Shown: positions 23,479 through 34,625, counted from the first letter of the stretch. The stretch: 64,000 bases of DNA from Candidatus Methanoxibalbensis ujae (GCA_026134085.1 JAOQIN010000003.1:1-64000), one strand, 5' to 3'. Numbers and translations are program-made. Notes: generated by a model not told the origin, from the sequence alone.

Positions 23479-23683
23479 ATCAAAATGTTCAACTATTGTG
23501 AGCATGATGGGCAGCGGAGCGATGTCGTGTTGAGGGATGTGTCTGAGGGATGTGTCTGAGGGATGTGTGCACGAGAAATATGCGCTGCAAGTGCATATGA
23601 TAGAGGCAACTCATGACTGATGTGAATTGCGGAGTATTTGGACGGAGCAGAAATGCAGGATGAAATATGAGCATGAGCGGTAT

Positions 23684-23777
23684 GGATAACGAAAAGGGAG
23701 GTGCGTCGCATTGAGTTGTTCAGTTAGGTGAGTGCGAAAGCACAGAGCAAACGAAGTTGGCGAGAGTCGGGCGGAGG
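23684..23777. repeat. attC-like site S0 (distal boundary, degenerate core)
   Basis: GGATAAC (AAC 23688) ... GTTAGGTG (GTT 23723), then arm GTGCGAAAGCAC..GAGAGTCG..GGAGG resembling the S10 arm. Confidence 0.6.
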
Positions 23778-23839
23778 TATTCCATATTTGGGAATGAAGA
23801 CTTTACTTTCCATGTTATTTCTTTACTTTCCATGTCATT

Positions 23840-24333
23840 TTTTGCAAATTTCATATTTTGTAATATCCCAGAACCGGTATCCATTCTTTAATATTTTTTG
23901 TCCATTAATCGGTTTGATACGCTTCTTGAATAATAGACCATCTCTCCGCAGAGGTCAATAGAGTTTTTGCTCAACTTTATGAATTTCTTATTTATTCAAC
24001 GACAATTTTTCACCAAGTAGATTCGCTTTGAGGATAACTACAAAAGCTTCAAAACCGATGTTCCTGTATGTCAATATCTCCAAATACTGTTCCATCAAAA
24101 CTGATTGAGATTTTCTATCTCCTCTTTAAAATCCTTTAGTTTTTCCATGTAGTTTTTCGCTGGATGATTGGTATATCGCTTCTGATTGAGCAAGCAATAA
24201 TTAATATAAGTCATAGTCCTTTTCCCATAGTTATTATATTAAGAAATACCTCAAAACATTTGGAATTAATCGCCTTATAGCCTGCAAATAAATCTTCCTT
24301 ACCACCGCTCAACGACACAACAACTTTTGACAT
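23840..24333 (-). pseudogene. Decayed PP-loop ATPase (diphthine-ammonia ligase/MJ0570-like)
   Basis: MSKVVVSLSGGK start; fragments VFGDIDIQEHR and IDLCGE in shifted frames. Confidence 0.6.
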
Positions 24334-24371
24334 CTCCCTCTTTTCCTTTTCATTCCTATCATATTAACTAT

Positions 24372-24507
24372 CCTCCAACGATTACACCGTTATGAGGATA
24401 AAAGAAGTTGCCGAAGGTGATTGAAATCTTTGATTTCCCTTTTATCTGCTGTATGCTGTTATATGACCCGAGGGGCAAGGTTGCGAAGCAACCGAAGAGT
24501 GCCCGCC
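24372..24507. repeat. attC-like site S1 (TAAC of the core apparently deleted)
   Basis: GATAAAAGAAG...CTTTTATCTGC stem, GTTATATGA at 24458, arm GGTTGCGAAGCAACC..GAGTGCCCGCC; near-copy of S5. Confidence 0.75.
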
Positions 24508-24545
24508 GTCGCTTATGTAGTACCTCGTCATTTTTATTCGCCAAA

Positions 24546-24872
24546 TCATAGGTTTGAAAGAATCTTTCTCATCATTTCCTTTAGTTCTGGAACTTTATTT
24601 TTCACTATGTCCCATATAACCTCTAAGTCCACACCAAAATATGCATGAATAAGAATATCCCTCAGACCAGCTATTTTTCTCCATTCTACTTCTGGATAAT
24701 CTTTCTTGATATCATCAGGTAGATTTTTTACAGCCTCTCCTATTATTTCAAGATTTCTTATCACACCATCTTGAATTAATTCATTGTTTGAAAAATCCTC
24801 GAAATTCATATTCTCTGTATATCTCTCAATTTTACCTATCGCTTCAAGTACTCAAACTTTATACTCCCGCAT
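24546..24872 (-). pseudogene. HepT/DUF86 HEPN ribonuclease toxin with an early in-frame stop
   Basis: MREYKV* then VLEAIGKIERY..; IIGEAVK and RDILIHAYFGVD (RX4H). Confidence 0.8.
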
Positions 24873-25159
24873 ATTTCACACTCCTTAATATATGAGGTTT
24901 CAAATCTGGCTTTATAGATTCCAGAATTACAAGATCAACTTTACCAGTTGAATAAGTCTTCCAAGAAGAATTTTAGTTCCATATAGTTGTCAAAAGTTTT
25001 CTTTCCTTTTTCAAATTCTACTATTATGTCTATATCGCTTCCTTTTTTCTGTTCACTTCTAACATAGGAACCAAATATACCTATCCTCCTGACTCCAAAT
25101 TTCTTGATTTTGTCTTTGCTTTCTTCAATTTTCTTTAATATTTTATCGGCATTTGGCAT
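24859..25159 (-). pseudogene. MntA-type minimal nucleotidyltransferase antitoxin, frameshifted near 24945
   Basis: FGSYVR..SDID; the expected KVDLVILESIKP tail continues in another frame. Confidence 0.8.
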
Positions 25160-25178
25160 CTTTACCTTCCTCCTTTAA

Positions 25179-25231
25179 GGCGTTGCATTTCACTTAACGC
25201 CCAGCAGGTATGCGAAGTGCCACCGCCTATC
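25179..25231. repeat. attC-like site S2 (internally deleted)
   Basis: CACTTAAC (AAC 25196), GCAGGTATGCGAAGTGCC as in S6, then a jump to the CCGCC arm. Confidence 0.65.
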
Positions 25232-25239
25232 ATCATCCT

Positions 25240-25576
25240 TAAGTTATGTCTATGCGAGATATAAGCTTGGTGGTGGCTTTTAATGAAGCGAAGCGCATAC
25301 CCGAGTAATAATATAATACAAATAGCATATTTTCCCGCGAAAGTCTGGTTGTGAATATCATACCACAATCTATCATAAAATGTTTTTAATTGTCCTGTTA
25401 TTTCTCTGTTATAAGTAGGTGAACCTATTACAAGTCCATTTATTTCCAAGAGAAATAAACTCTGTTTCAGCCCCAATACTTTCTGCGCCTTCCAGAACAT
25501 TTCTAATCAACTTAGCGGTGTTCCCATTTTGGTGTGGGCTTCCACAAAGACCAATTATTTTTGTCACATCACTCAT
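25240..25576 (-). pseudogene. Flavodoxin / NAD(P)H-dependent FMN reductase-family remnant
   Basis: GLCGSPHQNGNT..LEGAE, then a frameshift to IGSPTY..GQLKTFYDR. Confidence 0.7.
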
Positions 25577-25615
25577 ATTCTCATATTATTACTCCCTAAT
25601 TTTTATTATTTTGAA

Positions 25616-25706
25616 GATAGGAGGCGAAATGTCATATAACAAGGCGAAGTTTCGCTTTGCGAAATTTGGATGAACGTAAGCGAGTTGCATACCGTTAGGC
25701 GTCGTC
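25616..25706. repeat. attC-like site S3
   Basis: CATATAAC (AAC 25638), GAAGTTTCGCTTTGCGAAATTTGG, GTTAGGC (GTT 25694). Confidence 0.75.
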
Positions 25707-25709
25707 GTA

Positions 25710-26135
25710 TACCTCACCACTCTTGACCTGTACAGATGATATTCTTTCCCCAAGCTCTAGATAAGGTTCTTCTAACCGAATAGAATGCATGTAGAGAATA
25801 AAAGTGTAAATGAAAAGGCAAGCCCTGAACGACCCATGAGCGATATACCTAAGAGCCAGAGGAATAAACCAAGATGTTGAGAATTTCTACTATATCGATA
25901 ATTCTTGTGGTAATGAGTTTGAGTTTTGAAGAATCCAAACCCGCTGCCCTGTGGAAAGAGCGAAATTCAATCAAACCAAGAGACACTATAGTTATCCCAA
26001 CCGTAAATAAGACTGATCCTACAGCTAATGCTGCTACCTTAAGGCAACGGCCAAACATCATACAAACAGAATCACTAATGAATGATGAACTGAAAAAACC
26101 AAATAGGAATGGCCACTCGAAGTGGTAAAGGTTCT
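25710..26135 (-). pseudogene. Isoprenylcysteine carboxylmethyltransferase/PEMT-family membrane protein remnant
   Basis: Hydrophobic helices, then YRYSRNSQHLG in a shifted frame and GKEY..Y near the end. Confidence 0.6.
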
Positions 26136-26140
26136 CCTTA

Positions 26141-26185
26141 TCGAAAGCACGAACCGCATACGCACCTGTTAGATGAAGTGCTGCC
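26141..26185. repeat. attC-like half site S4
   Basis: CCGCATACGCACCTGTT identical to S10; GTTAGATGAAGTGCTGC complementary to GCGGCATTTCATCT at 26816-26829. Confidence 0.7.
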
Positions 26186-26199
26186 ACTAATTAATATAT

Positions 26200-26796
26200 C
26201 ACTCATCGGCTTAGGTATATAAGCGCACCGAGACCCAGAAAGTCTATTGTGTGATACACTTGTCTCTATCGAGTTTGAGCGCCAAGCAACCCCCCAGCAC
26301 AATCCAAGAAAAAGCGCACCAAGAATTGATATAAAGCCTCCGGGCATACTGCTGGGATGGACAATTTGTGGTGAGATGTGCCAAATCGCAAAGCCCAAAG
26401 CAGGATAAAGATAGCCGAGCACCAACCGATTAGGAAAAACCGTGATATAGGTTCCGGCGCCAAAGAATCTCTTCCAGTGTCCCGTTAACCAAAGCCAAGA
26501 TAGCTGAAATCAGAAATACTGACAAGTTTGCTTTGAATACACTTGAAAAATAGAGCTGGATGGCCAAGAGGCGACCTCGTAATACGAAATAGGTTTCGTA
26601 GACCTTCACCTCGCAGAACACATAGTGGTAAAATTAACCCCCAAACCAACCAGTAGAGCACGAATGCCATGAGATAACCCCAATTAGGCTCCAATAGCTT
26701 GACAAGTCAAGAAAAAGCCAAGAGCATACTGATGAAAATAGCAACTGGCGTGACCAATAGCACAATTTGAGGAAGTGTGAACTGTATTTGCCTCAT
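26200..26796 (-). pseudogene. CPBP (CAAX protease/Abi) family remnant
   Basis: NGTLEEILWR motif, FAIWH; several stops and frameshifts. Confidence 0.7.
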
Positions 26797-26859
26797 CTTG
26801 TGTAACCTCTCTTAAGCGGCATTTCATCTTTCTTAGCATAAAAAAGTTTAGTTATTTAA

Positions 26860-27300
26860 ATTTAAAAAAAAGCATTACCGAAGGAATATTCCCAAAAGCG
26901 AATGCAAGAGCTGATAAAATCGCTGTAACCAAAAAGATTCTCCATCTCCTTTTCACGTAAGAAATAAGTCAGGCCCAAAACAAGATGAAAATTGGGATAT
27001 TAATTTCTTCTACAATACCCGCACTGAAGCGAAAAGAGAAGTAGGAAACGGTGAGGGATGAGGAAGCGGACCCAATTGAAAAATACACCAATAGCTACTC
27101 CAACAAGCGCAGGAATCAAGAATCTTTTATTGGTAATGCTTGAATCCCAGTGTCAGCAAGCCAACTTTCTGTGAGCGTTTTAGTCCTAAAAACCTCCACC
27201 ATATGGAACAGGGACAATGACTTACAAGAGCCATCACTGGTCCTGAAGCTGGAAGTTTTTGAGGCAATGGTTTAAACCTGTGATGTTGATGGATTTTTCA
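26860..27300 (-). pseudogene. Second CPBP-family remnant
   Basis: Fragments LGPLPHP..FPTSLFAS and AGIVEEI in broken frames. Confidence 0.45.
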
Positions 27301-27710
27301 TGCTTTATCATTCCCTCTTTAAAAATGCGATTATGCTGTATTCATATTCTTCCTTGAGCAGAAGTAACTGCACTAAAACCAGCAATAAATTTATCAGAGA
27401 CCATCCAGACCACCAGAATGGAATCAGAATTAGATTGAAAGCGATACCCCCCGCCAAGCCAAATTTCACAAGTTTTGCTTTACTTAGAATGAGTATGCTT
27501 ATAGAGTATGCCTATAGAGTCTTTAAAAACTATAACTAAAGCGAGACACGCCGTCAAATACGGCATTATGATTGAGTTTCACAATGATTTGTAAAGAGCA
27601 ATGAGTGCGAATTTGGCAAATTCTTGATATACTTGGGGGTCAAATAGGGCAAGTTAATTACAGCACTATACATTGCTCCCACAAATGTTCTTGCAATCTC
27701 CGACAGCATT

Positions 27711-28807
27711 TTATCTCTTCTCATTGTACTTCACTTCTGTAACCTCAAATTTATACCAAGTAAAATCCCTTTCAAGCTTCCATGTCACAGAAAGATTTAC
27801 TGGAATTCTAATTCCTTCGAATTCTCCATAATCGTTCGCTTTAATAACCCATCTTTCCAGAGTTGAACATTCTTTACGATAGTAGTAGCGTTCTGCTTCA
27901 AAACTCGCAAAGTCTCCATTCTCATCAAATTTGAATGTGCCTGAGGCTGTTACTCCTTCATAGCTCATGGTTGCCTTTGCTGTTGTGGAATCTACCTCTT
28001 CCCATTTGATGTAATCGCTTAACGCTGCTGATGGGCACCATATAATCTCACCCAGATACCTGAGCAAAGCTCCCTGATCTATCTCTTTTCCTTTAGCATC
28101 AACAACCGGGATAAGAGAAAAGAGTTTGATGAGCATGTGTCCTTCTCCATTTTCATACTTGTCCCTTCCAGAAAAATGCAAAAATGAGGATTTTACGTCT
28201 GCTTTCCATATGAAGCCTGGAGGATTCGTGGAGATGTACTGTTCAGCTTCAACTTTCATCCAGTCGCCTTCAGGTTTGATTCTCATCTCACCTTTCTGTT
28301 TTAGATGAACCGTTTGGATGATCTCTTTTCCAGAAATATTCGAACGTTTAAGCCATCTTTGCACCACAGGTGGAAGCTCATTAATCATTTCTTCAGTCAC
28401 AACCCTTTTCTCTATTTCTTCTGGAAAGAATGAGCTAAGTTCATCGTTTACCATTCTTTCAAAGCTCCAGCTTCCGTATGAAAAAATGCATACGATGAGT
28501 ATGATGACATTCACAACGGTTCCAAACTTCGCATCTTTCCAGTAAATGAAAATCAGGATTTGAGAAATAACGATTGCAATGACTGCAATCATCCACCACC
28601 AGTCCTTCCTATGCAAATAAGCTATTGCAGAAGCTATGAAAAGCGAACATGCGCCCAACCAGAGTACCCCTGCAATTTTGGATAAAACTCCCGGCAAAGA
28701 AATGAATACTCTTAGCCTTACTTCAGCCAGATTCCATTCCTTCACAAATCCAAGCAGATGGATCAGTCCGTGAAGGAATATGACACACAAAATACTATTC
28801 TATTCAT
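27711..28807 (-). CDS. DUF6544/DUF6920-family membrane-anchored protein (possible frameshift between ATG 28807 and the ORF start at 28790)
   Basis: HGLIHLLGF, W.DAKFGT.N, LPPVVQRWL, RYLGEIIW.P and GIRIP motifs. Confidence 0.75.
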
Positions 28808-28899
28808 GGTTTATCTCCCCTCTCACTCTCATTATGAATATTCCATCCCAGATATTGCTTCAAATTCCAGATGTTAAATATGTGGGAATCCATAGTGCC

Positions 28900-29770
28900 T
28901 TCAATTAGTTGTATTTACCCATATGGAATAACCTATTATCATATATACATGCAGATATAGTTGTCTCTATTGTGTGCGCTATTAAAACATCGGGTGGAAA
29001 ATACCTTGAGCCATTATTATTTGAAAGCCATGATAACTGAATATTAACATCAAACTTATCATCGCCTTTATTCTGCTACCTTCCATCATTAATATAATTG
29101 GTATTGAAAAAACAATAATAACCCTCTGAAGGGTAAAAATAATGGCATTTCTCTTATTGTCCTTATTATTTGAGTCATGAAATTCAATTGTTCCGTAGTT
29201 CCGGAGTAGAATAACCTGACAGCTTCAAACTGCCAAGCAATGTAATATCCAAAAAGCAGATATATTATTATGTAAAGTAACGAAAAAAATGGAGCTTTTT
29301 CACCCAACTCTTCATTTCAATCCTTTCCAAAATCTCTTTTATGCTTATCTTCTTTGTAGCCTTTATCCAAAAATAATAACTGTAAGTGGAACGACTGTTA
29401 TAGTTGTTATTACACCCCTTATCATGATATTTAAAATCTCTATATTCGTCATAAAAGTAAAGGCATCTCTGAAGTAGAATGTCTCTATTTGTGCCATAAA
29501 ATATTCTATTCCCCAGAAACCCAAACCTGAAGCCAGAATTAATTTGATTCCACTCCATTCCGACAATTTAACATTTACACTTAAGGCAATTGCTCCAAGC
29601 AAAGAGACTAGTAACATCAGTCCAAACATTTTATTTTGCATATCTTCCGTTATCCTTGATACAATCTCTGGAGAAACAGGTATTATCAAAGTTGGAATTA
29701 CAATACTTGCGGCAAAAATTAAAGTGAGTATTATTATTTTTAATATTAACATATTAACTAAATTTTTCAT
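28900..29770 (-). pseudogene. Multi-pass membrane protein split by frameshifts
   Basis: Consecutive hydrophobic ORF pieces 29363-29797 and 29089-29307, plus a tail (AHTIET). Confidence 0.55.
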
Positions 29771-29783
29771 TTCACCTATGCCA

Positions 29784-30596
29784 CTAATAACCTCCAAAGA
29801 ATCTTATAAAATCAATAAACCAATGAAATGTAATAGCGGTCTCCAAATCTCTTTTATATTGTAAAAATGCCATTGGTAATCCAAATAAAAAACCGGTGGA
29901 TATCAGCATAAATAGAGCACCTGGTATATTATGTATCCATAATTCTGGAAAGTGAATTAAACTGTGAGGCACTACACCAAAGAAAAAACTAATTATAACT
30001 GAGTATTTCCTCTCAATCTTCCCTTCTAATAAATAAAATATAAAATTCATAATAAAGAATCTAAATATAATTTCTTCAGAGATTCCTGGTGCTAAAGCTA
30101 AGAAACCCGCACTAAATATATTCATATATTCAGCCTCACCTAAAGTTAGTCTAAAATAAATGTAATTTATTAACGCAAAAGGTAATGCCACCATAACCCC
30201 TATTAAAAATGACTTAAATATTGATTTATACTTCTGTAATATGAGTAATGACTTATTTCTATTTTCACCTGATAATAAACTGCCTCCAAGAAATGCAATA
30301 AATGTCACGATAAAGTTAATCGCTGCTGTGAATGTATCTATCCATTGAATAAAACTTAGATAGCTTATAGCAGCAAGTAATATTCCAAATGTGATATGCC
30401 TTAAATTTAAATCTCTGAGTTTCTTATAAATTGCAAATAGAGCAAGTAAAAGTATATAAAGTTCTGTCCATGTCCAAGCCCTATACGTGAACTTAAAATC
30501 CTGCTCACTCATTGTATAAACAATAGAAAATATGTATAGCAAGATGAATACAGCCAACAAAAGTATGATATCTAGAAAATGCTTCCTAAAAGTCAT
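29784..30596 (-). CDS. CPBP family intramembrane glutamic endopeptidase
   Basis: PGISEEIIFR, HSLIH and ITFHWFID motifs. Confidence 0.82.
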   Translation of the reverse strand: MTFRKHFLDIILLLAVFILLYIFSIVYTMSEQDFKFTYRAWTWTELYILLLALFAIYKKLRDLNLRHITFGILLAAISYLSFIQWIDTFTAAINFIVTFIAFLGGSLLSGENRNKSLLILQKYKSIFKSFLIGVMVALPFALINYIYFRLTLGEAEYMNIFSAGFLALAPGISEEIIFRFFIMNFIFYLLEGKIERKYSVIISFFFGVVPHSLIHFPELWIHNIPGALFMLISTGFLFGLPMAFLQYKRDLETAITFHWFIDFIRFFGGY

Positions 30597-31252
30597 TAAA
30601 TCACCTCTTTCTTATTACACCAAAATAATCGCAATAAAGAAAGTAACACATTGCAAGTATTGTAGTTGTGATTATTTTTGATCTCATTTTCCGATGTATA
30701 AATTGTAAAATGTTGTTCTGGTAAAAAATTGGATTCCCTTTCCAGCAAATAACCTGCCTCTTCCATCTCTTGAACGATAGTTTCCTTATGAACGTAGTGT
30801 TCAAATAATCCACGGAAAGTGAAAGTTTTACCTTTTTCATACTCAATGATAGCAATTCTCTCATCAGGTTTTAAAAATCGTTTTAGACCCTTAAAATACT
30901 CTACCCGATTTGGTATGTGATGGGTGACATTGCGCATGAATATCGAATCCAAGCTTTTTTCAGATAAATTTAATTTATCTCTAGATACAAGCGTTGATAT
31001 AACATTATTCAATCCTTCTTCTTTGGCACTATTCTTGACATACTCTAAAAATTCTGGTTTTGTATCAACTGCATAAACTCTTCTCTCTTCTCTAACTATA
31101 TCGGCAAATCGCAGAGAAAAATAACCCCCTCCTGAACCAATATCTGCAATACTTTGACCGGGCTTTAATGCAATAGCTTCTATAATCTGGTCCGGTTTGT
31201 TTTTGGAGTCAGAAGCCTTTTTATTGAAAATCTTTGCTTGAAAGTCTGCCAT
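30596..31252 (-). CDS. Class I SAM-dependent methyltransferase (C-terminus probably aberrant)
   Basis: IADIGSGGGYFS, VYAVD and NVTHH motifs. Confidence 0.85.
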   Translation of the reverse strand: MADFQAKIFNKKASDSKNKPDQIIEAIALKPGQSIADIGSGGGYFSLRFADIVREERRVYAVDTKPEFLEYVKNSAKEEGLNNVISTLVSRDKLNLSEKSLDSIFMRNVTHHIPNRVEYFKGLKRFLKPDERIAIIEYEKGKTFTFRGLFEHYVHKETIVQEMEEAGYLLERESNFLPEQHFTIYTSENEIKNNHNYNTCNVLLSLLRLFWCNKKEVI

Positions 31253-31302
31253 TTTTTACCTCCTTAAGTTATATCTCCCTCTATCTATATCTTTTCATTT
31301 CA

Positions 31303-31453
31303 GGCGTCCCGAAGCCGATTGCGTATAACGTTTTGCAGATAAAAGAAGTCCCGACTTGTCGGGATTTGGAGAAATCTTTGATTTCCCTTTTATCCGCTGT
31401 TATATGACCCGAGGGGCAAGGTTGCTTCGCAACCAAAGAGTGCAAAGCCCGCC
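31303..31453. repeat. attC-like site S5
   Basis: GTATAAC (31327) GTTTT GCAGATAAAAG-AAGTCCCGAC..GTCGGGATTTGG..CTTTTATCCGC T GTTATAT (31399), plus outer arm. Confidence 0.85.
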
Positions 31454-31461
31454 AAGATTCT

Positions 31462-32928
31462 TTACTCATATTTATCCCTCAATTTACTCTTACTCATTTG
31501 ATCAGGCTTTCTGAAGTTCGCAGTGTAATTCTTTTTCCTGCCGCAGCTCTCAATGAATTCAAAGCCCTGCTTTTCAGCCAACAAACGGACAACCGGCAAA
31601 GGTAAAAAGTCAGGGTCTCCCGGCTGTTCTGTGATGGATAATAAACCGGAGGGTTTTAAGACTCTGTATATAGCACCCAAACACCTTTCCTTATCTGAAA
31701 CTTCACCTAAAACTGCAACGAGAAAGACAACATCAAATTCATTCTCATCAAACGGAAGATCAACAGCATCTCCCTGAGTAAATCCAACATTATGCAGACC
31801 CGCCGACTGAATCTTACGACGTGCTTTTTCAAGCATCTCTTTTTGCAAGTCAAACAATTCCAGATGTCCCTGCGGTATGCGCCGTGCAACTTCAACACTG
31901 AAGTAGCCGGGACCAGGACCTATCTCAAGCACATTGAAATCCTCTTTGAGATGAAGCCTATCAGCCAGCTTCTGGGGAGAAAGAATAAGTCTCCGCAAAG
32001 GAAAATCCAACCAGAAGGATATTTGAGAGGGATAAGTCCCCTTGCCGAAAAAACGCCTTAGGATCCCCTTCTCCGCTGATCTCATTTGGCAGCCTCTTAT
32101 ACGGGTCAAAGTTTTCGGTCCAAAAATGAGCGTTATTACCACTGATAAAATAATAATCAAAATCAGACTGTATAGCCTGCCCTGCTCTGTCAATGGAATG
32201 AGATTTCCACTGAAATTGCACATGAAGTGAAAAAGTATAGCGGAGAGAGTGCTGCGGTTGGTGTTGTTGTAAATCCAGGTGAATAGAATTGAAAGAAAGA
32301 TTGGGCTGAAAATAAACGTCCAGAAATCCAATGTGCCAAATTTTAACACATCGTGCTGCCACTGTCCTTTCATGAAGAAAAGGGGAAGATGCCACAATGC
32401 CCATACCACGCCCAAGAGAAGGCTTGAGAAAAGGGCATTATACCTTGCCTGCAAGCCATCCAGAGCATAACCACGCCAGCCCAGCTCTTCTGGTAATGGT
32501 CCATAGAGCAGGATAAAAACGGCAAAAGGAAGAATTCTCCATGGTTCAAACAGCAGATTTCTGGCTGTTTCAAACTCAGGCCACGGTGAGCCTGCAAGAA
32601 CGCTTAACAGAAGGGCAAGAGTGTTCAGCACAGGAAATGTGAGCCAGATGACCAGATGCCATCTTTTACCAATCCGCCTGATGTCAAATACACGCTGCCA
32701 GTAATCTCTCCATTCTTCTTTATCGTGGGTGCGAGAGATTAAGATGATTTCCGCAATTGCAGGGCCGAACAACCCAAGGGCACCGAGAACTATTGCTGGG
32801 AATGTAAAGACATTCCAGCCCAGCAATATAACCCATATCCAGAAGAACCATGAAATGCCAAGGGCCAGAGTAAAAAACCGCCATGGATTTGCAGCTTTTG
32901 AGTTTTTTGTGCTCATTATTTTATCCAT
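31462..32928 (-). CDS. Fusion of a CPBP protease (N-terminal) and a class I SAM methyltransferase (C-terminal)
   Basis: PEELGWRGY, WALWHLP and ILFHFM, then MRSAEK..LEIGPGPGYFS. Confidence 0.8.
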   Translation of the reverse strand: MDKIMSTKNSKAANPWRFFTLALGISWFFWIWVILLGWNVFTFPAIVLGALGLFGPAIAEIILISRTHDKEEWRDYWQRVFDIRRIGKRWHLVIWLTFPVLNTLALLLSVLAGSPWPEFETARNLLFEPWRILPFAVFILLYGPLPEELGWRGYALDGLQARYNALFSSLLLGVVWALWHLPLFFMKGQWQHDVLKFGTLDFWTFIFSPIFLSILFTWIYNNTNRSTLSAILFHFMCNFSGNLIPLTEQGRLYSLILIIILSVVITLIFGPKTLTRIRGCQMRSAEKGILRRFFGKGTYPSQISFWLDFPLRRLILSPQKLADRLHLKEDFNVLEIGPGPGYFSVEVARRIPQGHLELFDLQKEMLEKARRKIQSAGLHNVGFTQGDAVDLPFDENEFDVVFLVAVLGEVSDKERCLGAIYRVLKPSGLLSITEQPGDPDFLPLPVVRLLAEKQGFEFIESCGRKKNYTANFRKPDQMSKSKLRDKYE

Positions 32929-32953
32929 GCTTTTTACTCCTCTCCTGTTGATC

Positions 32954-33643
32954 TCATAAACTATACCTTAAAACGATTGTAACAAAAATCAAAACAGGGG
33001 ACGAAGTTGCTGGAATTCCACGGTACCACGGTTTGTTCTTAAAAGATAGCATACCAATAATGTTCGGAATCTGCCCAACAATGATAGCACTGATAGCCAT
33101 CCAAATAGCATGTATTCCCCAAATTTTTAGAGTAGCCCCCACAATAAGGGCAAAAACAAACATATCTCCAATGCCAGTTATTTGATATAATCCTGAGAAA
33201 CCTGGAATGGGCATGCAAATCGATAGCCTTTTTGCAATTGTTTTATTCTCAATTAGTTTTCGGTTAGGAGTCCCCTTCCCAAACCGTGTAAAACTGATGA
33301 AATCTATTATAGCGATGGGTATCAGAAAACTTATTAACTTCTCCTGGCTTGAAAGCCAATAAGCAGCCAATATTCCTAATAAAATTCCACCAAGCATATA
33401 TGATACATTGTGTAGATATAAAACATTATCTCGAAAAGGTTGCCGCCATGTCCAAATGGCCAAGACTATCACTATTGCGAGAGCAATTATAATTGATAGG
33501 ATAGATAAATGCGAAATCAAAAATGCAAGCAGGATGTTGGTTAAGCTCAACATGATTATATAAAAAATTATCCGGAAATAAGCAAATTTATTTCTATTTT
33601 TCTCTTTTGTAGTGAGATTTTTATTCTTCATTTTCTTCACCAT
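32954..33643 (-). CDS. Membrane protein resembling GxGD aspartyl intramembrane proteases (presenilin/SPP-like)
   Basis: Transmembrane Asp (IIDFISF), GIGD, C-terminal IPA. Confidence 0.6.
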   Translation of the reverse strand: MVKKMKNKNLTTKEKNRNKFAYFRIIFYIIMLSLTNILLAFLISHLSILSIIIALAIVIVLAIWTWRQPFRDNVLYLHNVSYMLGGILLGILAAYWLSSQEKLISFLIPIAIIDFISFTRFGKGTPNRKLIENKTIAKRLSICMPIPGFSGLYQITGIGDMFVFALIVGATLKIWGIHAIWMAISAIIVGQIPNIIGMLSFKNKPWYRGIPATSSPVLIFVTIVLRYSL

Positions 33644-33684
33644 TTGTTAATTTCATGATGTTATATATTTTTTCTGTTTAAAAA

Positions 33685-33826
33685 TGGGGTTCGGAATTTA
33701 ATATAACAATTTGCAGGTATGCGAAGTGCCGCAGGCATTTGAGTGGGCAAAGCGAACCCGCCTGTTATACGATCCGAACGAAGTGAGGACGAGGAGCGAA
33801 GCGACGAAGCGTTCCGCCCAAAGCTC
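33685..33826. repeat. attC-like site S6
   Basis: ATATAAC (33705), GAAGTGCCGCAGGCATTTG, CCTGTTATACGA (33764), arm with CGAAG hairpins ending CCGCCC. Confidence 0.85.
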
Positions 33827-33842
33827 CATGAAATCTTATGTT

Positions 33843-34625
33843 CTACCATATTAAAATCTCCCCATATGTTATTTTTGTCCCCTTTTCAGCAGTTTTTGTT
33901 TTTTTAAGTATTATTTTGCGTATATGTCTTAAATATTCTTCTCTGAATATCACAAATCCATTATCAAATTTAATGAAATTTTTATTGAACACATCTAACG
34001 CATTTTTGCATTTTACCTTGGTAGTTTCTCTTACGCGAGGATTCAAAATTTTACTTTTTAATTCATTTACATCAATAACTAGGTATGGAACTTCCACAAC
34101 AATATCGGCATGAGTTTGTTGCCTTTTCGTAAATCTACGATTCGAGGCTTCTCGCCTATAAGACACTTTTTTAACCTGAATAGCGATTTTTATTTTGTTT
34201 AATTCCACAATCGCGTCTATTCCCATCATGTCCAATTCTGCGGACGAGATTAATTTTTCTTTAAAAAGAGCATTCCATAGGTATTGAAAATGAAACTGGG
34301 TAAGAATTGACATCCATATACGATACAACCTTGCTTTAAATCCCTCTTCAACAAATTGCAAAGAGCATCCATAAAAATACTTTTTTATAAAGTCATAGAT
34401 ATAAGGGTTGAGTTTTTCTCTCCAATAGATCTTAAAAATTTCATCATAATCCTTAAAATCAGTAGAATCCCAATAATATTTATAGTATATTTCAAGAGGT
34501 AACAATTCTCGTGGCAAATCCCGCTCAACAGTTTTTATTTGTCTCAGATGTGCATATTTTTGTACCTCTATGTTTTTGAGAAAATCTACGAGTTTCTTTA
34601 AGTCTACTTTCCAGTTTCTTACCAT
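33843..34625 (-). CDS. TaqI-family type II restriction endonuclease
   Basis: IKTVERDLPREL, KYFYGCS, ARLYR, TQFHF, GIDA..IQVKK; colinear with TaqI as I recall it. Confidence 0.88.
   Translation of the reverse strand: MVRNWKVDLKKLVDFLKNIEVQKYAHLRQIKTVERDLPRELLPLEIYYKYYWDSTDFKDYDEIFKIYWREKLNPYIYDFIKKYFYGCSLQFVEEGFKARLYRIWMSILTQFHFQYLWNALFKEKLISSAELDMMGIDAIVELNKIKIAIQVKKVSYRREASNRRFTKRQQTHADIVVEVPYLVIDVNELKSKILNPRVRETTKVKCKNALDVFNKNFIKFDNGFVIFREEYLRHIRKIILKKTKTAEKGTKITYGEILIW

Noticed and set aside
23424..23570. Mini-CRISPR in the short repeats upstream of rnp4
   Set aside because: The units are directly tandem with no unique spacers.
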